Source of the DNA: Camelus ferus
Lineage: Eukaryota
Direction of reading: 5' to 3'
DNA: 64,000 nucleotides
Assembly: GCF_009834535.1 (NCBI RefSeq)
Contig: NC_045697.1
Location: 10,790,001 to 10,854,000 of the forward strand
Shown here: piece after piece, positions 59,491 through 64,000 of the stretch
How positions within the stretch are numbered: position 1 is the stretch's first letter
Layout of the letters: each line of letters opens with the position of its first letter
Notes under the pieces: model-generated
The model's input: the letters and a program-made list of their open reading frames with translations, nothing else
Told to the model about the DNA's origin: nothing
Database searches by the model: none
Program-made: the position numbers and the translations under genes

Positions 59491-60601
59491 CACCACCTCT
59501 GGGAAAGAAAAGAAAAATAAGCCTGCAGCGCAATTCCATGCTGCTCCCTGAAACACAAGCCTTGCTCCAATCTGCCTGAAGATGCAAGGCCACGCAAGAC
59601 CCAAGGGTGACATTTTCTGGAAGGATATGCGAGGACCTCAGAAACTGATTTCCAAGAAGCATGTGGCTTCTGGACTGCTGACCCACTTCCGGATTCAATC
59701 CTGGCTGCTGTGGCTGTGAGAATATCATCAGGGTACCTTTCCCGTTGCGCAGTCCCTGTTGGAACTTGCCTCGTCTTTAAAAGGCACAGATAGGCGCATT
59801 GCATAATGTAACCTGATGTTCTGACAACCCCACTTACACTCAGGCTAAATTTAAAGGTCACCATGGCAGGGAAATAGTGGCAAGGGAATGAAAGTGCCTT
59901 AAACATGAATTTCACAGGCATTTCCTCATTTGGAAAGTCTCACAGTATAAAGTAGAGGCAAAATTGCCTGAGAGTTTAACAAAATACCCAAGCGTAGAAT
60001 CCATTTCTTGGGGACAAGGTAACTGTAACAAAAATTGTAAAATAGGTAGACACAAGTGTGAAGTGGCCAAAGAGTGTCTCAGATGCTCTCTGTAATATCA
60101 ATAGTTCCCTCCCCGTCGACTTATCAAGTACCTACTGTGTGTCAGGAACCGGGATGAGAATCAAATGGTACACAAGGCAAACCTAAACCCCACCTTCACA
60201 GAGCTCTCAGGTGTGTCAGGGCAGAAAGACACAGAAACACGCAGTTACAATGACGGGAGATAAGGGTTAGGAAAGAGGACATACATTTGGGAAGGACACA
60301 GCAGGCGGGTCTGTAATAGCCTCTGAAGGCGTGGACGGAACCATCCTCCAATATCGTCATGCTTTACCTGAGACCTAAGTGATGAGCTGGAGAAAAGCAC
60401 TTTAGGAGAAGGGACGGTGTAACACAGATGGAGGGAACAGCACATCTAGAAGCATGTCTAGAAGCTGTTGTGCTGTGATGGTTGGGTCGAGTCGTTGTGC
60501 AGAGAATGTATGGCAGATAGCCCATAGCAGGTACTTAATTATAAATGGTAACTGTTGTTACAATATTTGAATTCTTCTCCTTGTGTAGATGAGAACACTG
60601 A

Positions 60602-60832
60602 TGTGAAATGGCTAAGGGAGAATAGAAAGTTCCTGTTTTCCGAGCGAGACAGGAGGGAAGGCGGCAGGGCACAGACATTAAAGGAATGACCCAGCAATTA
60701 GCACCAAGGTGGCAGAAGATTCAACTCCCAATAGACCCAAGATGGCAGGAGATTCAATTCTCAGCAGACCTTGAGCTCATTATACGCTTATTATGATGTA
60801 TTAGCATACAAAATGACACTCCCACAGGAGCC
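60602..60832 (+). mobile_element. MER41-like ERV1 LTR, 5' part
   Basis: Starts TG; contains ccaagatggc and gctcattatacgcttattatgatgtattagcatacaaaatgacactcccac, similar to MER41 as I recall it. Breaks off abruptly at ~60832. Confidence 0.75.
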
Positions 60833-61663
60833 CGAACTTGAAAAATACAAGGGTAGACAAGAGAACATGAGAGTGGAGTAAGTACTTCTCAAGTTAGGGA
60901 CACACATCTCTGGTGTTAGCTGAGCTAATGGCATGAACTTGGCATTGAATAACATTACATGCCCTAACCTAAGGAGGAAGTCCTTTCCTTTTTTATCTTC
61001 AACTCTTTTACATTGCAATGAAGAAAACAGACTCTGGAGCCAGACTGTTCTATGATTGTATTAGTTATCTATTGCTGTGTAACAAATTAGTCCAAAACCT
61101 AGAGACTTAAGACACCAATGAGTTTAGTTTGTCTTAGGTCATGTGGGTCAGGACTTTGGCGTGGCGAAGCTAGGTGGTTCTAACTTGCAAAGGTGCATCT
61201 CATGAGATTACAGTTGAGAAGTCGGCCAAGGCTGTCGTCCTCTGAAGGCTTGACTGGGGTTGAAGGGTCCTCTTCTAAGATTGCTCACTCACACGGCTGG
61301 CAAGTTGGTGGGTTCAAATCCCAGCTCAATCATGTTTCTCACTTTGGGCATATCCAAAAAAGAAGCCATCATCACTGCAGAGACAAATAACTTGTAAAAT
61401 CCAATCACTCTAAGCAAAGCTGAGACCTGGAGATATGTATCACATATAGAATAGAATTCAGAGACTGATGAATTTTTCAGAAATGGGAGTGTTTACACAT
61501 GGGTTGATCTTTAGCTGCCAGTGCCTTTCACAACAGTGTGACACACTTCCCTGACTAGACAACTTTCAGCAGCATAGGTGCTGATGCAAAATAGTTATTT
61601 ATTGATCAGAATGGGCTTAAAACCAGGTCTGGTGATTACCGATTGCTTTAGCCAAGTTCCCAG

Positions 61664-61840
61664 TGGTACAGGAAAATGCGGTGTGAGAGGGTGGCCGTGT
61701 CTCAGGTCCCAGGCAAGTCCCTGGAATATGCACCACCAAGTCAGGGTCCTCGGCTTCATCCAGGAAAGAATTCAAGAGTGAGCCACAATAGAGTAAAGGC
61801 AGATTTATTCAGAGAGATGCACACTCCACAGACCGAGGGC
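61664..61840 (-). mobile_element. MER41-like ERV1 LTR, 3' part, inverted relative to the 5' part
   Basis: Minus strand reads gtctgtggagtgtg...AATAAAtctgcctttactctattgtggctcactcttgaattctttcctg...ttttcctgtacCA (R/U5 with poly(A) signal and terminal CA). Confidence 0.75.
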
Positions 61841-61997
61841 CATGGCTGGCAAGTTGGTGCTGGCCATTGGCAAGAGGCGTCAGACCATTGCCATGTGAGA
61901 TTCTCCATACAGCTGCTTGCCATGGAAGCTGGTTCTCCCACAGCAAGTGATTCAGGGGAGTCAGGCAGAAGCTACTGTATCTTTTATGATCTCACCT

Positions 61998-62362
61998 TGT
62001 ATTTTGATGAGTTTGCGCTGCTATAACAAAATAGCATAAACTGGGTGAGTTTTTAAACAACAGAAATGTATTTTCATAGTCCCTGGCATCTGAAAGTCCA
62101 AGATCAAAGTGCCAGCATGGGTAGTGACTGGTAAGGACCCTCTTCCAAGTTGCAGTTGGCCATCTTCTAATTGTATCTCCCTATCACGGAAAGAGGGCAA
62201 GAGACGTCTCTGGACTGTCTTTTTTGAGAGCACTAATCTCATTCACTAATCTTATTCCACCTTCACGGAGACGCCCCAAGGCCCCATCCCTAATGCCACC
62301 ACAGTAGGGGAGAGAATTTCAACAATGAATTTTGGGGAAACACAAATATCGAGTCTGTTACA
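61998..62362 (-). mobile_element. MLT1A-like LTR nested in the older MLT1
   Basis: tgctataacaaaatagcataaactgggtg...aaacaacagaaatgtattt...aagtccaagatcaaagtgccagca...gaatttttggggaaacacaaa. Probable TSD cacct / caccg. Confidence 0.8.
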
Positions 62363-62499
62363 CCGAAAGTCATTCACTACCACTTCTGCTGTATTCTTTG
62401 GTCATTCATATTAATGTTGATACAATAAGAAAGCTGACTACACAAAGGTGTGGATATGAGAGGCCAGGGTGATTGGGGGCCACTCTGGAGGCCACTGGA

Positions 62500-62700
62500 G
62501 TCTTCTGCTACTTATCAGCTGTGTAATGTTGGACATATTATCAAATTTCACTGTGTCTCAGTTTCCTCATTTGTAAAATGAGAATATTGATATTGCCTAC
62601 CCCATACATACGTTTTTTTTGAGAATTAAATGAGTTAGTATTTACAAAGCCCATAGTACATTACTTAGAACACAGTACAGACTAAGAAATGTTCACGTAA
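62500..62700 (+). mobile_element. MIR SINE 3' part (5' part at ~61020-61050)
   Basis: ctgctacttatcagctgtgt...gtctcagtttcctcatttgtaaaatg...gagaattaaatgagtta; the 5' part gactctggagccagactg precedes the MLT1. Confidence 0.75.
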
Positions 62701-63296
62701 TACTTTTATACTTCTCTAATTCAGTATTACTCAAAAAGCCAGTCCACCATGAGATAAGGGGCCAACACAAGAATATAAATCAATTGCTTCCTTTATTGAG
62801 GGAATTGTGTTACTAAAAAAGGAAAAGTCAGTTGTAGATTAACAAAAAAATTAATTAGAAAAAAGTCACTTAAACAAAATACTACATGTAATGGTGTAGT
62901 TGAGTTGCCTTCAGGAACAATCTGTTAGGTGTAGACAGAAAAAGCAATTTGCAGACCAACAGCCAGTCACAAATCACTCTTTGAGTAGTGCTTTCTTAGC
63001 TCTTGGTAACATCCCCTTTTCACCACAAGATCGCAAGCAATGGCATTGTTTTTTTTTTCCTTTCTTCTCTTTGCTTCTTAATTTCTTAAAATGTAGAGGG
63101 AGGTGGGTGAGAGTGGGGAATTTTTATAAAACTGACAATGTGGTAATGAAATGCAGAAGAATGGAGATGAAGAGGAGCATGTGTTTGACAGGTGAAGTCA
63201 TGGAAAGTTACAAAAGGACACTTTCATCTGTTTAATGGCAAGTAGTTGTTTTCCTTCATTTACAGATGTGATACGGAATTTCTTTTAAAATAAATT

Positions 63297-63810
63297 TATG
63301 CCTTAGTTTGGGTTTCTTAAAAGCAGAGCTTGAGACAGACTTGCCTGTAGGTTATTCATCCGGAAAGTAATTCTAGGGAGCAGAAACTGGGGAGAAGATA
63401 GGGAGACAAATACAAGGATGAATTGTTGAACTGGCCACTGCTACAGGGGATCAGTGTTTTGCCTCACCAGGATCTTCTGAGAGCTTTTTGAAATTCTTCT
63501 CTCCCTGGGATGTAAAAGGGAAAAACATTTATCCATCAGCTTTCTTCCCCTATTAGTCAAAGATGGTCTCCAGGTCTTATTCTCTTTTACTTCTAAAGTT
63601 GCATATTGCAGGGAAGTGTTGTATGGGTTCCCCAAAGGAGTCAAGGACTGTGTCAGAAAAGCTCAAGGCTAGGAAACAAGAAGTATGTCGGGCAGATGTT
63701 GGCCAGGTGCTCTGTGATCAATCCCTTGGCAGAGCTAGTCAAAATCTGCTGCTTGGAGCTTTCACAGCAGTAGCGATAGCGAAATGCAGGCCCAGGAAGA
63801 TTTCTGTGGA
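63297..63810 (-). mobile_element. LTR16-like (ERVL) LTR
   Basis: aagcagagcttgagaca...gtaattctagggagca...catttatccatcagctttcttcccctattagtcaa. Confidence 0.55.
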
Positions 63811-63879
63811 TCACAAGAAATGTTCAGTAGAATGCATTAAAATAAAGAAACACATTTTGAAAATAAAATATATTAAGTA

Positions 63880-64000
63880 GGGACTTGAAGTTTCAGGCTC
63901 AAACCTGTAAAGAGCTTAGAAGTCATCACTCCCATCCTTATATGAAAAAGCTGGATAAACTGAAAGTCAGTGACCTTTCCCAGATCCATCAGAGAAGTAA
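63880..64000 (+). mobile_element. 5' end of an old L1 (L1MC/MD-like), runs off the window
   Basis: gacttgaagtttcaggctc...gaagtcatcactcccatcctta...aaaagctggataaactgaaagtcagtgacctttc resembles old L1 5' UTR starts. Confidence 0.5.

Larger units (their letters stand above)
61057..62495 (-). mobile_element. MLT1 (F/H-like) LTR in three pieces (61057-61310, 61841-61997, ~62363-62495), inserted in a MIR
   Basis: tgtattagttatctattgctgtgtaacaaatta...ctgaaggcttgactgggg...ggctggcaagttggtg resumes at 61841 and again after the nested LTR (aagtcattcactaccacttctgctgtattct). Confidence 0.75.

Overview
Mammalian, gene-poor genomic DNA, very probably from a camelid (camel, llama or alpaca): it carries five tRNA-Ala-derived Vic-1-type SINEs and several young 5'-truncated L1 ends. 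I see no credible protein-coding exon, intact RNA gene or CpG island. The ORF track is explained by chance ORFs and degenerate L1/L2/LTR sequence. Most recognisable content is interspersed repeat (MIR, L2, old and young L1, MLT1/MLT2/LTR16/LTR33, a MER41-like ERV1 LTR, MER5A/MER58/MER102/MADE2). Family names come from my recollection of consensus sequences, not from a search, and boundaries of old repeats are approximate. I found no new multi-gene system. The most interesting structures are: (1) a MER41-like LTR split in two, whose 3' part plus flank now lies inverted ~480 bp downstream inside an MLT1 LTR between 19-bp direct repeats; (2) a tailless retrocopy of the 5' half of tRNA-Cys(GCA) ending at the anticodon, with a 19-bp target-site duplication (TSD); (3) a composite L1 insertion that looks like a 3' transduction; (4) three TSD pairs showing reciprocal CpG decay; (5) a divergent pair of CTCF motifs and a few repeat-free candidate enhancer blocks.
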